From assembly GCF_000372725.1 (NCBI RefSeq), contig NW_005202428.1, positions 2,655,791 to 2,719,790 on the forward strand: a stretch of DNA of 64,000 bases. The letters are read 5' to 3'. Source of the DNA: Emiliania huxleyi CCMP1516 (lineage: Eukaryota). The position numbers and the translations under genes were made by a program. Below the pieces are notes generated by a model that did not search any database, was not told where the DNA came from, and worked only from the letters and a program-made list of their open reading frames with translations. Shown here piece by piece: positions 1-11,800 of this stretch (positions within the stretch are counted from its first letter, which is position 1; each line of letters begins with the position of its first letter).

Positions 1-1276
1 GACGCTTGGATCGAGATCGTCACCGAGCAAGCCTCAGGCGGGACACCCATCAACCACGTGATCCTCTACACAGATGATTCGGGCAAGAGCGATCTCGACG
101 GCACGATTTCTGTGTACGTGTCCAGCAGCTCCATGGCAGGGAGTCCTGACTCGAGCTACCTTTGCTACAACGCCACTTGGACCGGGCTGGAGGACGCAAA
201 CGAGCTAACGTCTTCGTCTCTCTCTCTCGGCCGTACGGCTCGACGAGGCTCTCCGCTCTGAGTCCACCCCCGCCCTCTTGCAGGTTTACGGACTGCGAGA
301 TCGACGTCTCGTCGGCAGCAAATTGCTACACCCTGATCGTGTTGGGCGGTGACCGCTTGCCCGCCGGTGGCCCGTGCTCGCCGTTGCCGTCCACACCCCA
401 CTCCATGATGGTGCTGTGCCGCTAGGCTCAAATCGCCGCATCAATCTCGCAGAGGCGGCCGTGTGCTACAGCGACTCTCCACCTCCTCCCCCGCTGCCAA
501 ACCCACCTCCTCCCGCAACCCCCGTCGGCGCCGAGCAAGACCCCCACATCGCCTTTGCTGGAGGCGGGCGCGCCGACTTTCGAGGCCACGACGGCAGCTA
601 CTACGCCTTCCTCTCGGCTCCTGGAGCTCAGGTCAACGTCAAGACGGAGGATGCCACCTTCAAGCTGCACGACGCGCGGCTGGTTGTTGACGGCTCATTC
701 ATCACCGAGGTCCACGTGATCGCGGTCGTGGGCGGATGGAAGAAGAAGGCGTTCACGTCGTCGTTTTGGGGTGCCGCTCTCAACGAGTTCAACACCGGGC
801 ACGGCTTTGTGAACGGCTCGTGCGGCTACCACGGCGGTTTTGCCATGCTGGTGGCCCACTCGAGGCGGTGCGAGGAGGCGGTGACCCGCGTCAAATATTC
901 CTCCGCCACCATCTCTCTGCGCGGCTGGCAGATAGCCATTCGCGGCAATCACGTGTACGGCCGAGTGAGCGGCCCGACGCACCGGCTAGACGTCTCCTTC
1001 GCCGCCAGCAGCGGCGCGGCCTCTCGCGACGCGCCCCATGGCTTAGTGGGCCAGTCCTTCCTCTCGGAAAAGCGGCGCTCGGGGAAGCTCGACGCGTACC
1101 CAGCGTCCGGCCGGATCGCGACCAGCGCGCAGGCGGAGGGTGCGATCGAGGGCTCGGCGGCCATGTACGAGGTGGCCTCCTCGCACGCCACCAGGTTTGC
1201 CTTCTCTCGATTCGATGCGGAGCCCGGCCTAGAGCCCGGCGAGGCACGTTCCGCGCCGGGAGCCGGCATCATGTGA
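1..1276 (+). CDS. 3' part of a multi-exon, probably extracellular protein: Pro-rich linker followed by a DPH-initiated VWD/root-cap-like domain
   Basis: ORF 374-1276 has PPPPPLPNPPPP then QDPHIAFAGGGRADFRG...PHGLVGQSF. The ORF start is probably an exon, and upstream exons run off the window. Confidence 0.5.
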
Positions 1277-1444
1277 GGCCACGGAAATTCTAAGAAAAAA
1301 GAAAGAAAGGAAACAGAGAGCCCATGGGAGGGATGGGAGGACGTCATTCTCTGCTTGTTTTGCGGATGGCAGAATTCTTTTTCACGAGGTGTGCACACCT
1401 GTGTTAGTGCCAGTGCGCGCCAGTCCCGTGCCCCCAGTATGTAA

Positions 1445-1640
1445 GAAAGAAAGAAAACAGACAACCCAAGGGAGGGATGGGAGGACGGCACGCCGCCACC
1501 ACACAGGGATTTTAAGGAGAGAAGTGCGGTGCTAGCCGTCGCCCACCCTTGGGCGTCCGCCTCTTCCTTCGCAGTTTCTCGCCAATTCTCGCAGCGACCT
1601 TCATGCCACCTCGCGTTCTTCCCACTCTCGTCCTCGTTCT
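1445..1640 (+). repeat. Dispersed repeat (uninterrupted copy), homologous to 35580-35720 plus 36615-36690 (minus) and 18680-19010 (minus)
   Basis: GAAAGAAAACAGACAACCCAAGGGAGGGATGGGAGGACGGCACGCCGCCACCACACAGGGATTTTAAGGAGAG...GCGACCTTCATGCCA matches the reverse complement of those loci. Confidence 0.8.
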
Positions 1641-1710
1641 CTCCCGTGCCCAGTGTCGTGCAACCGCGTCCGACTTCTTTTTCAGAGCCCCGTGCCTAGT
1701 GTCGTGCGAG

Positions 1711-1960
1711 CCACTTGGAGCACTTGGAGTGCAGTCGGTAACCTCACATCCAGGGCCGGGGAGCTAAGAAGCGTACCCAGCGGGCCGGATGATCGGCATC
1801 GGGCTACGGGCTAGAGAGCCCTGACCCCTAGGGGGGTGCGCGTTCGCAGGGAAAGGGCTGTAAAGTAAACACGGGTCCCCGAGGGTTAGCTCTGCGCTCC
1901 GGGTTTCCCCTAGCAGCGGAACGCCCCCTCAGCTCTACTCGGGGCTAGTAGACACCAGAC
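1711..1960. repeat. Dispersed repeat family beginning CACTTGGAGCACTTGGAGTGCAGTC (probable retroelement terminus)
   Basis: Near-identical copies at 51857-52175 and 55805-55897, and an inverted partial copy at 57368-57423. Confidence 0.75.
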
Positions 1961-2679
1961 ACTATAGCACGACAACACACACATTCCTCACTGACATCAC
2001 CGCTCGGAACCCCCCGCTCCGCGCACGGTCTCCTCACCCCCACTCCGAGGGGGGCCCTCCCTCCCCTCGGTCCTCCCTCCTGTTCGCCTTCCGATGGTTA
2101 CGCGACGACTGTGGGGCCCGACCTCCCCTCCTAGCCTTCTTTGGCCGCGGCCCCGCCGCCGTTTCGTCCTCTCTGCCCGATCCCGCTGACTCCGCCTCCG
2201 GCGACCCCGCTCCCGACTCCCTGGGCGAGGACGGTGGCATTGGGTCGCACCCACTTCCACCCCCGGAAGGTCGAGCCCGCTCTCCCTGGTCGACGAGTCG
2301 CGCCCGCACCCGCGGCCTCTCTATCGTCCTCGGCTCGCCCCCCCCCACCGCCGGCTCCTCTTCAGGCTCGGGGAGGCGTGGCCCTGCTCCCTGTCGAAGA
2401 TCACGGTGGTCCGGCTGCCACTGCGACGGGCCTTCCCCCGGTGAGCTCGTACGTCCCGACTCCACTCGCAGAGGCCGCGTCAGCTCATCTCTCGCCTCCT
2501 CCGACAGCTGACCCCAAGCCCCCCCTGGGGCCCTCCGGCCTCGGCCTTCCGGCTCGCCGGCGGGCCCGTTATCGTATTGCGGCAACTCCCCTCCCCCAGC
2601 TCCTCCTCCCGGGTACTCCAACCTCTGGCGGGGCGGTTCCGGATCCCCCAGGGTATTCCGAGCGGGTCCATACGGTGGC

Positions 2680-3030
2680 GGCCCCGTCGGCGGCGGGGGC
2701 GGAGGCGGTGGCGGGGGTGGCGGGTACGGTGACGGCCCTCGCGGCCGTAACGCCTGGTGTGGAGCCGCTGGGGCGGCCCCACGACCCTGCAGCCATTCCA
2801 GCGGCGGGGGCGGAGGTGGTAGTGTGGGTGGCGGAAACGGTGGCGGCATTGGCGGCCGCACCGCCTGGTGTGGAGCCCCAGCGGCGGCCCCTCGACCCAG
2901 CGGTCGCTCCAGCCGCGGGGGCGGAGGCGGTGGTGGTGGGGGCGGGCCTGGTGGCGGTGCCGGCAGCCGCAACGCCTGGAGCGGGGCCTTGGGGGCGGCC
3001 CCCTGCCCCTGCCGTCGTTCCAGCCGCGCT
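2680..3030. repeat. Degenerate ~110 bp tandem repeat (about 3 copies) in a Pro-rich minus-strand ORF (2034-3065)
   Basis: CGCCTGGTGTGGAGCC recurs at ~2752 and ~2862, with a variant at ~2973. Coding status is unclear. Confidence 0.55.
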
Positions 3031-3071
3031 TCCGCGCGGCTTGTCGGCCCAAAATTCTTTTTCAAGCGGCC

Positions 3072-6000
3072 ATGGCGGCAAGGGCGGAGGCGGGAGGCTC
3101 CGACCAGGTGTCGACGCTGACGTCTCTCCTATCCGGGCTGGAGGAGGGCGCCGTTCCGACTCGCAAGCAGGCGTGTTGCCGAGCAAGCGCGCGCGAGCCA
3201 TTCCGCAAAGCCCCGTCCGCCGCACATCCGCCGGGTCCGACTCCTCCGCCGTGCCCGCGCCCGCAGATCCAGGCCCTCTCGATGGAGTTTCGGACCGTCG
3301 ACGCCGCGCTCGTCGTGAGCCTCGTGCCAAAGCAGCAGCTCCAGAGCCTGGTGGGCGCGCTCGAGCCGCTGCTCCGCTCGGACGAGGGGGCCGAGTCGGA
3401 GTCCGTCGGCGGCGAGGCGCAGGTCGAGCGCGTGCTCGAGGCGGCCCTCCTCTACCTCGATGTCGTCACCGTGCCAGACATGCCGCGAGAGATGCTGGTC
3501 GAGGAGCTCGTGGAGGCCGGCCCTCTCTCCGCGCCCCGCCCTGCTCTCGTGCCCCACCTCCCACTTCCCGCGTCCGCGCGCCCACCGTGCGGTCCCACGC
3601 CCGCGGCAGCGCGGGGAGCGCCGGCGCGTGGCTCGACTCCACCCCCGCCTCCGCCCACTGCACCCCCACAGGCGACGCTGGCGCTCTGCAAGCAAGAGCT
3701 GGCGCGGCTCGGCGCTGCGCTGCTCGCCGCCTCGGATGGCCCCCCCACCCCCGCCACAGCCCGCCGCGCCTCGTCGTCGGGCGGGCGCAAGCGGGCGGAG
3801 CCGCACGAGTACGCGCACGCCGGCCAGCTCGCCCTGCTGTTCGGCCGCATGCCCGGCCTCGTCGCGACGCGATGCCTCAACGACGCCACCGCGCTCCGGC
3901 TGGGCCGGCTCGCAATCGACGCGGCCTTCAGCCTGTGCGCGGTCCTCTCGTCGGCGCCGCTGCAGGGCGCGGCGATCGAGACGCTGCTCGCCGTCTTCGC
4001 GCACCACCCGTCGCAGCGCTCGCCGCTGCTGCACGAGCTGCTCGACCTGCGGCTGCAGATCGCCGACCAGCCCGGCCGCGAGGCGAGGCGGACCTTCTCC
4101 CTCTCGGACGGCGGGCGCGTCCAGCCCTTCTCCGCGCTCTGCCTCCTCGCCCTCCAGCGCTGCGCGGCGCTCCCGCCGCCGGGCACGGACGGCGGAGAGG
4201 CGGGCCCGAGCCGGGCCGAGCCGCCGCCGCACCCGTACCGCTCCGCGGTGACCGAGCTGGCGAGCCAGCTGCTGCGCTCGCTCACGTCGCGCTGCCTCGA
4301 CCGGCCGGACGACGCCGACGCCAAGGGCCTGCTCGAGGAGTTTGTGCGCGACTTGCTGCTGCTGCTCGGCCGGCCCGAGTGGCCCGCCGCACCGCTCGTC
4401 CTCACGCTGCTCTCCAAGCTGCTCTGCCGGCGGATGGAGCGAAAGGCGGAGGTCGCGGTGAGCCGGCGAGACTCCAAGGACGCCAAGGCGGAGCGGGAGG
4501 AGCAGGCGGCGCGGCTGCTCTCGCTCGACCTGCTCGGGCAGGTCCTCGCGGCGGTGGTCGCGCAGCGGAAGCTCCACGCCGACGCGCCCCTCACCTTCCC
4601 GGACGACAAGGACGAGGTGGACGAGGCGGCGCAGCCGACCGACGCGGGCGAGGACGCGACGTGCGTCTGCGGGCGGGGGTACGACGGCGGCTTCATGCTC
4701 GACTGCGACCGCTGCCACCGCTGGTTCCACGGCTCGTGCGTCGGCATCGAGGCGCAGGAGGACGACCTGCCGAGCGAGTGGTTCTGCGAGTCGTGCCAGC
4801 TCTCTCGCGCGGTGACCAAGCAGCGGACGACCATCTCGCGGCTGCTCTCGCTGGCGGAGGGCGGCGGCGGACCGAGCGAGGAGACGGTGGACGCGCTCTG
4901 CTCCGAGGAGGAGGTGACCAAGCAGCTCCTCCTCAACTTTCTCGAGGCCTCCTCCGCCGAGCCGGCGGCCGCCGCCTCTGCGCACGCGCTGCTCCTCTGC
5001 CAGTGGCACTTTGACGCCTCCGAGCAGCAGCAGCCCGGCCAGGGCGGCGCGGTCCTCTGCCGGCTCTACGAGGAGCAGCAGGCCGCGCACGCCCTGCGCT
5101 GCCGCGGCCCGCACGAGCTGCGCGCGGCGCACGCGCGCTCCGTCCCCCTCCTGTCGAGGGAGCGAATCCTGAGCGCGAGCCGCAAGCTGCTCGTCGGCTC
5201 GGCGCTGCTGCGCCGCCTCGAGACGCTCCTCGCGTACGTGCTGCTCATGCTCAAGGAGCCGCAATCGTCGGCGCGCACAAAGGCGATCCGCGCCATCTCC
5301 GGCGTCGTCACCGCAGACCCGTCCACGCTCGAGCTCGCCGGCGTCAAGCAGGACCCCCCGCCCCCCCCATCCCTCCTTTCTCCTCCTCGGACCGCCCGCC
5401 GGCGGGCCCTCGCCCCCAACCCCCCCCCTCCCCTCCCCTCCCGAACGTCCCGCCTCCTCCCACAGCCTCCCTCCTCTCCGCAGGCCTCCTCCCACAGCCT
5501 CCCTCCCCTCCGCAGGCGGTCCACCTCGCCCTCTCCGAGCCGTCGATCGCCGTGCGCGAGGCGACCCTCGACCTGATTGGACAGCACATTCTCTCGCAGC
5601 CGCAGTGCGTGCCCATCTACTACGAGGCGATCGTCAAGCGGCTCGGCGACGTCGGAATCTCGGTGCGCAAGCGCGTCGTCCGCATCCTGCGCGACCTCTG
5701 CCTCAAGGAGCCCGGCTCGCCGCACGCCGTCGACGCCTGCCGCCGCCTGGTGAGCCGCGTGGTGGACGAGGAGGAGGTGCAGAAGCTCGCGCTGCGCGCC
5801 TTCCACGAGCTCTGGTTCCTCCCCTCGAGCGGCGAGCAGCTCTCCGCCGACGAGAGCGCCGCGCGCTGCAAGCAGATCCTGAGCGTCTCGAGCCGCGCGA
5901 CGCGCCAGTCGTCCGAGTGGCTGCGCCAGCTGCTGCGCAAGCTCGTCACGCCGCCCGCCGAGGGCAAGGCGTCCCTCAAGGAGCACGCGACCGTGCTGCG

Positions 6001-8377
6001 CGTGTGCGGCCAGCTCGTCTCGCAGCTGAAGGAGTCGCTGCTGCAGCTGCACGAGGCGGAGGCGGAGGCGGAGGCAGCGGAGGAGGCGCCCGCCGCGGCC
6101 GGCGGCGCGCGCCTCGCCGCCGCCGCCGCCAACGCCGGTGGCGAGGCGCAGCTCGAGCCGCTGCTGCACGCGCTGAGCCTCTTTTGCGCGGCGCGGCCCG
6201 AGCTGGTAGCGCCGCACATTGAGCTGCTGCCGACCTACCTGCAGTACGACTCTTACGCGCCTGTGGTGCACCACGTGTGCGACATGCTGCCGCTGCTGCT
6301 GCCGCTCCTCGACGCGCCGCGTCGCGGGCTGCTCGAGAAGCTCGAGCGGCTGCTCGGCGCGCTCGTCTTCCGCGTGCCCGAGGCGCTGCTCGGCCAGACG
6401 ATCGCCGCGCTCTGCGCCGTCGTCGCAAAGTCGCGCAACTGCCAGCTGCTGCACGAGCTCCTCTCGCGCTTCTGCCAGATGATGGTCCGCGCCAGCGAGC
6501 CGGCCGAGGCGAGCCGGCTGCGTGACCAGCTGCTCCGCTCCGTGCTCTCAGCCGGGCTCCTCTGCCGCCACTTCGACTTTGAGGCGCCCGGCGCGAGCGC
6601 CGAGGCGCTGCGCGCTGACGGGACCGCCGTGCGGTACGGCGGCGACTTCACCCGCACCGTCTTTGAGCAGCTGCACGCGTTTGTCCCGATCGCCGCCTCT
6701 CCCGGCGACGCCTCCGCCGCCGGGAGCGGCGCCGGCGGCCTCCGCGGCGACAAGTTCACCATCGCGCTCTACGCGCTCAAGGCGATCGGCCACGTCACCT
6801 GCCGGCGGCACGACCTGCTGCTCGCGTGCCGCGCGACGCTCGCCGCCGCCCTCGGCCGCACCGCCGCGCCGCAGCTGAGGGTGCAGGCGCTGTCCAACCT
6901 GAGCGAGCTCGTGCGCCAGCCGGCGGGCGGCGCAAAGGTGGCGGCCAAGGTCGGCAAGGAGGGCAGGGAGGGCAGGGAGGCGTCGCAGCTCGCCGCCGAC
7001 GCGAGCGCGGCCGCGAGCGGCGCGCTTCAGGGGCATCAGGCCGCGATCCTGTCTGCGATGGGGGACGCGCGCCACGCAGCCGTGCGGCGCGAGGCGCTGC
7101 AGCTGACGCGCGGCATGCTCGAGCAGGGCCTCATCCACCCGATGGCGTGCATCCCTCAGCTGATGGCCCTCGAGGTCGACACGAGCCGCCAGTGCGCCTC
7201 GCTCGCAAAGGAGGCGCTCCGCGCCCTCTTCGAGCGGCACGCGCACATGGTGAGCAGCCCCGGCGTCCAGCTCCAGGCCTTTGCCGCCGCGCACACGCTC
7301 CAGGCCGAGCTCGCGGCGCTGGCGGCGGCCGGAGGCGCGGGCACGCCGTGCGACAGCCCCGGCGCCGCAAAGAGCCCCGGCGGCGCGCCCGACGAGGCCG
7401 AGGCGCGGCTGCCGAGGCTGATGTTCGAGCTGCTGCTGCCGCAGCGGCGCGAGCGGCTCGGCTACCTCAAGGCGGTGGTGTCGTCGCTCTACTACGAGCA
7501 GCTCGGCACGGCCGAGAATGCGGGCCGCGGCGCGCAGCTGTGCGAGCGCGCGGCGTGGGTGGCGCAGGCGCTCTCGGCCCTCCCGTACGAGAAGGAGGAG
7601 GATTTGCTGCACCTCGTTTTCCAGATCAACCGTCAGCTCTCGCTCCACGCCGAGTCGACGCTCTCCGCCTTCGACGCCGCGCTCGGCGGCGGAGGGGGCA
7701 ACCTCGAGCCCGCCGCCGCCGCCGCCGAGCTGGGCGCGCGCGCCGCCGCCGCCGCCGCGGCCGGCGGCGAACAGTCGGCCGCGCTCGAGCTGCAGGCGCA
7801 GGCGGGGTCTCTCGCGTGCCTGCTGCTGCTGCTCAAGCGGCACCTCAAGGGCTTGTACCAGCTCTCGTCCGCGCGGTGCCAGGCGTACGAGCCCGCGGAC
7901 ACCAGCTCCGCGGCGACCAGCCGGCTGGCGGTGCGGCCGCTCAGCCGGCCTCCCCTCGAGGTTGGTGCGCTGCGCCGGCTGCCCCCGCGGTACCGCGCCG
8001 GCGCGGCGACCTCCTCCAAGGGCGGGAAGGCGGGCCGGCGGACGTCGGCGGTCAGCGGTCCCGGCCCCGAGCTTGAGGGGGCGGAGCTGACCGTCGCGCG
8101 GTACCTCTGGCTGCGCGAGCTGCTGCAGGCGGACGACGAGGAGCTCGACTTCAACCTGCTCGCCGCGAGCAACGGCACCGCCCCGCCCACGCCGCGGCCG
8201 AAGTCGGGCGGCGCCAAGCGCGGCCGCGGCTCGGGCTCCGGCGGCGGCGGCTCCGGCCGCGGCGGCTCGAAGAAGAAGAAGAAGAAGGGCGGCCGCAAGA
8301 AGAGGAAGGGCGGCGCGGCTCGCGAGTCGGACGAGGAGTCTGTGGACGACTCGGAGGACGAGGACTACGTCGGCTGA
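3072..8377 (+). CDS. NIPBL: Cohesin loader Nipped-B-like/Scc2 with an internal PHD finger; predicted introns 3171-3266 (GC-AG), 3516-3671 (GC-AG) and 5352-5515 (GA-AG)
   Basis: NIPBL HEAT motifs LLEEFVRDLLLLLGRPEWPAA, RTKAIRAISGVVTADPS, VREATLDLIG, DVGISVRKRVVRILRDLC and QGLIHPMACIPQLMALE; PHD CVCGRGYDGGFMLDCDRCHRWFHGSCVGI...WFCESC; basic then acidic C-terminal tail. Confidence 0.9.
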
Positions 8378-8894
8378 GCGGCGAGGGGAGGGGGGGGGGG
8401 CATGGGCGGGTGCTGCCATCAGCACGCACCTGTGAACATACTTCTGTGCATGGAATGCGTCTGTGCCTCTGGCCTCGGACATGAGGGGCGCTGTGGGGCA
8501 GACCTGCGGTCGTGGCCTCCACGTATTGTGAGTCTGAGAGGGTGAGCGCAGGGCGTTCAACGCCATTGTCTCTGCTGCTCGCAAAGGGGCGGGCTGCAGA
8601 GAGACTGGCGGCAAGAGGGAAGTCGGGGTACCTGAGTTGCATGTCCTGTGAGAGGAGACCGTGCGTGCCTCCACGACCCCTGCGGTGGGGTGCAGTCTGT
8701 CTGGTGCTGCTGCTGGGGACTGGGGTGGGGTGCGACGAGATCAACATGAGAATGAGAGAGTGGAGTACACGGCTCTACCGTCTCTCGCTGCTTGTACAAG
8801 GGAAGTATCGAACAGGCCGTAGTGATTATTTTGCACGGTTGAAATAGTGGTTGGGGCGCTGTGGCTCGCAACACGCAAGCCGCAACGATATATC

Positions 8895-11800
8895 TCAGCG
8901 GGGGGCACGATGTTCAGCGATGCCCGCGCGCGCGAGATGCGGGGATAAAACAGTTGAGGCCCGGAGCGGACTCACAGCTGCACGGCAACAAACCCACGTG
9001 TCAGGGTAAGCTGTTGGTCCTCCGGGGCTCCGTCTCCTCTGCGCCGCGTGCCTTTTTCGGACCGCGGAAGAAGTTCCAGCGTGCGCGCAAGCGGCCCTTT
9101 GCTGCCGGAGCCGGCTGCTCTGGTGTCTCGGGCTCGGGAGGCAGGCCCGCGAGCCGCAGCAGGGTGGGCAGGGAGGAGAGTCCTTCGAGCGCAACCTGTT
9201 CACAGCCAAGCGCGCGTGAGGAGACACGCTCGCAGCTGCAGCGAGGAGGGCCCGTTCCTCGCTCGCCATGCCGGCGACGTCCGCGCCGGCCGAGAGCCCC
9301 CCGAGCTGCCCGCTGAGCTCTAGCAGCTGCGGGTCGAGCGGAGGGGCCGGCTGCTTCGACGCCTTTGAAGATGGCGCCTGCTTGCGCCCGTGCACCGTCG
9401 CCTGCCCCGGGCCTCCGTCCGGACCCGCCCGGCCGCCGCCCTCCCCTGCCGCAACCTCGGGCGTAGGCGTCTCAGCGATCCCCGCCAGCGTCGGAGGCGT
9501 CGGAGGTGTGTCGCCAAGCCTCGGCGCGGCGGCGGCGGCGGCGGCGGAGCGAGGCTCGCCAGCCGTAGCGGGGACGGCGGCGTCGGCACGCCCAATGCGG
9601 GAGGTTGGAGGAGAGGAGGAGGGAGAGGGCCCGTGGTGGCGCCCCTCGGCGCCCACCACCACGATGCCGCCCGAGGTCGACCTCCCGACGACCATCTCCG
9701 GCCCTCTGCTCGGAGGCATGGGGCCGCCCGCGCCCGCGCCGTCGGGACTGTCCGCCACCGCCGCCTCGCCCGAGTCGGCGGCGCAGCCGAAGCTCTCCGA
9801 GCCGAGCGCCCCTGGCGGCAGCAGCGGCTGCAGGTCGGGCGGCTTTGGCGGCGGCGGCGGGACGCACTTGGCCGCCGCGTCGCGCCACGTCTCCGCGAGG
9901 GTCGACACCTACCCCACGCCGCGCAAGCTGAGACGGAGTGCCACGCCGCGCCGTCGTCTCTGCGAGGAATGCGCACCCAGCTGCTCCCCGCGGCCCACCA
10001 CCCGGCCGTCGCCTCCGCAGCAGCGGGCGCCGCCTCCGCCTCGGCGCCTCCGCTTCCGGCGGGGAGGGGGAGCAGCCTCGCCGCGCCAGCCTCGAAGCGG
10101 CGGCGCTCGAAGTCGCGCAGCAGCCGGCGCGCGTACGCGTTCTTGGCGACCACGTCGGTGGAGCGCAGAATGCCGGTTAGCACCGGCGGCGCTCGCGGCG
10201 CGCCCGCGACGCCCGCCTTCTCGCCCGCTCCAAAGGCCTGGACAACGCCCGCGTCGTACTCAACCTGCTCGCGGAGGGACGAGTGTGAGGGAAACCGTGC
10301 AGTCTCGCCCGCCGCTGCGTGAGGCGCCGGGCTCGGCCTGAGCGTAGCCGAGCATGTTGGGCAGCCGAGTCGCGCCGAGGACGGGCACATAGACAAAGGG
10401 AGGCGCGCCGGGCGCGGCGGGCGGCGCGTGGCAAAACAGGCCGAGCGAGCCCGGCAGCACCGCCGAGGCGACGATGGCTGTCTCGGGCACTACGAGTTGG
10501 CCGACCTGCGGGGTGCGATCTCAGGGTGAGCCCGGCTCGGACGACGGGGAGATCCTGCGTTCTCGGGTGCGTCTCGCATGAAGCGATTCACATCCAGCCC
10601 TCTCAGGGTGAGCTCGGGTGAGCTCGGGTGAGCTTGGGTGAGCTCGGTTGTATCTCGGTTGTATCTCGCTTGTATCCTGGGCTAGCTTGACCTGGCCCAA
10701 CGCGAGGGGTCCGTCCACCGCTCCCCGCACGTGCCGGTCGTCGCGCAGCGCCACGTCCGCCAGCCGCCGCTCGTCGAGCAGCCCGAACCTACGCGGAGAG
10801 GCACGCCTGAAGGACACCCCGCCTCGGAGTCCGTCGCTGACCGTCGCACGGGCCGGACCAGCTCCGCGCGGGGGGGGCGCCGCCGCCATGCCGGTGGTGG
10901 TGGCCTCTCCCCAGCGCGGCGGCGATGGCGCCTCCCCACTTGAGGACCACACGCTCGGCGACCGGAGCCGGCGGCAACGGCGCCATGCCGCTCGCCGCCG
11001 CTGCCGCCGGCGCCGCCCCGTCGGCCGGCTCTGCCGAAGCCAGCGGTCGGCCCGGCCGATCGGAAGGGGTCGCCCCTCCCTCTTGCTCGAGCTCGGCAGC
11101 AGGCTCGGCCGAAGACTCGGCCTCCTCCCTCGCCCCGCCGGCCGCCTCCAAGTACCACGCATCAGGCAGCGACTCCCTGCTCGGCGCCGCGTCGGTCATG
11201 GAGAGCCTCCCCGACCTCTCCCGCCGCAGCTGCTCGAGCGGGCCCGCCGCCGCTGACGCCCCCACGGTCGCGCTCCGCTTGTGGTGCCGCGATCGGTGCG
11301 GCGCCGGGAACGAGAGGTTCGTCAGCCGCCGCTGCTTCGCGCGCGGCGTGAACGGCACGCCCGCCTCGTCGCGGGACATGACCTATGAGAGGGCTCCCAG
11401 AGGGCTCCTAGAAGGCTCCTAGCGAGGTCCGCCTCGTTGGGGGACACGACCGGCCGCAGCGCCGCCGCAGACACGTCGAGCCGCGGCATGATGGGCGCGG
11501 GCGGGGCGATCTGGACGCGCGGCACGGCGAGCACGAAGCCGAGCGGCAGGTGCGCCTCCATCGCCACGTCGGGCGCGATGCGGAGCGCGATCTGCGGCGG
11601 CGACTTGCGCAGCCGCGTGTCGGGCGCCTTGGTGTAGCAGAGCATGAAGGCCGCGTGCCGGTCGTCGAGCAGCTGGGAGGCGGCCGTCTGGTGCGGCAGC
11701 GGCGGCCGCGCCGCCGCCTCGCCCGCCGCGGCCTCGCGCAGCCGTCCGATGGCGGACTCTGCCGCGAGTGCGAGTGCGGCCTGGTTGCAGACCCGCATCT

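Noticed and set aside
1711..1830. Possible HDV-like ribozyme in the CACTTGGAG repeat (ACCTCAC...GCTAA)
   Set aside because: Could not build P1/P3 pairings consistent across the copies; a covariance-model search would be needed.
2141..8674. Long overlapping and antisense ORFs (e.g. 2141-5014, 3129-5495, 6548-8674)
   Set aside because: Shadow frames of NIPBL caused by high GC3; Arg/Ala/Gly-rich with no motifs. The same applies to most ORFs in the track.
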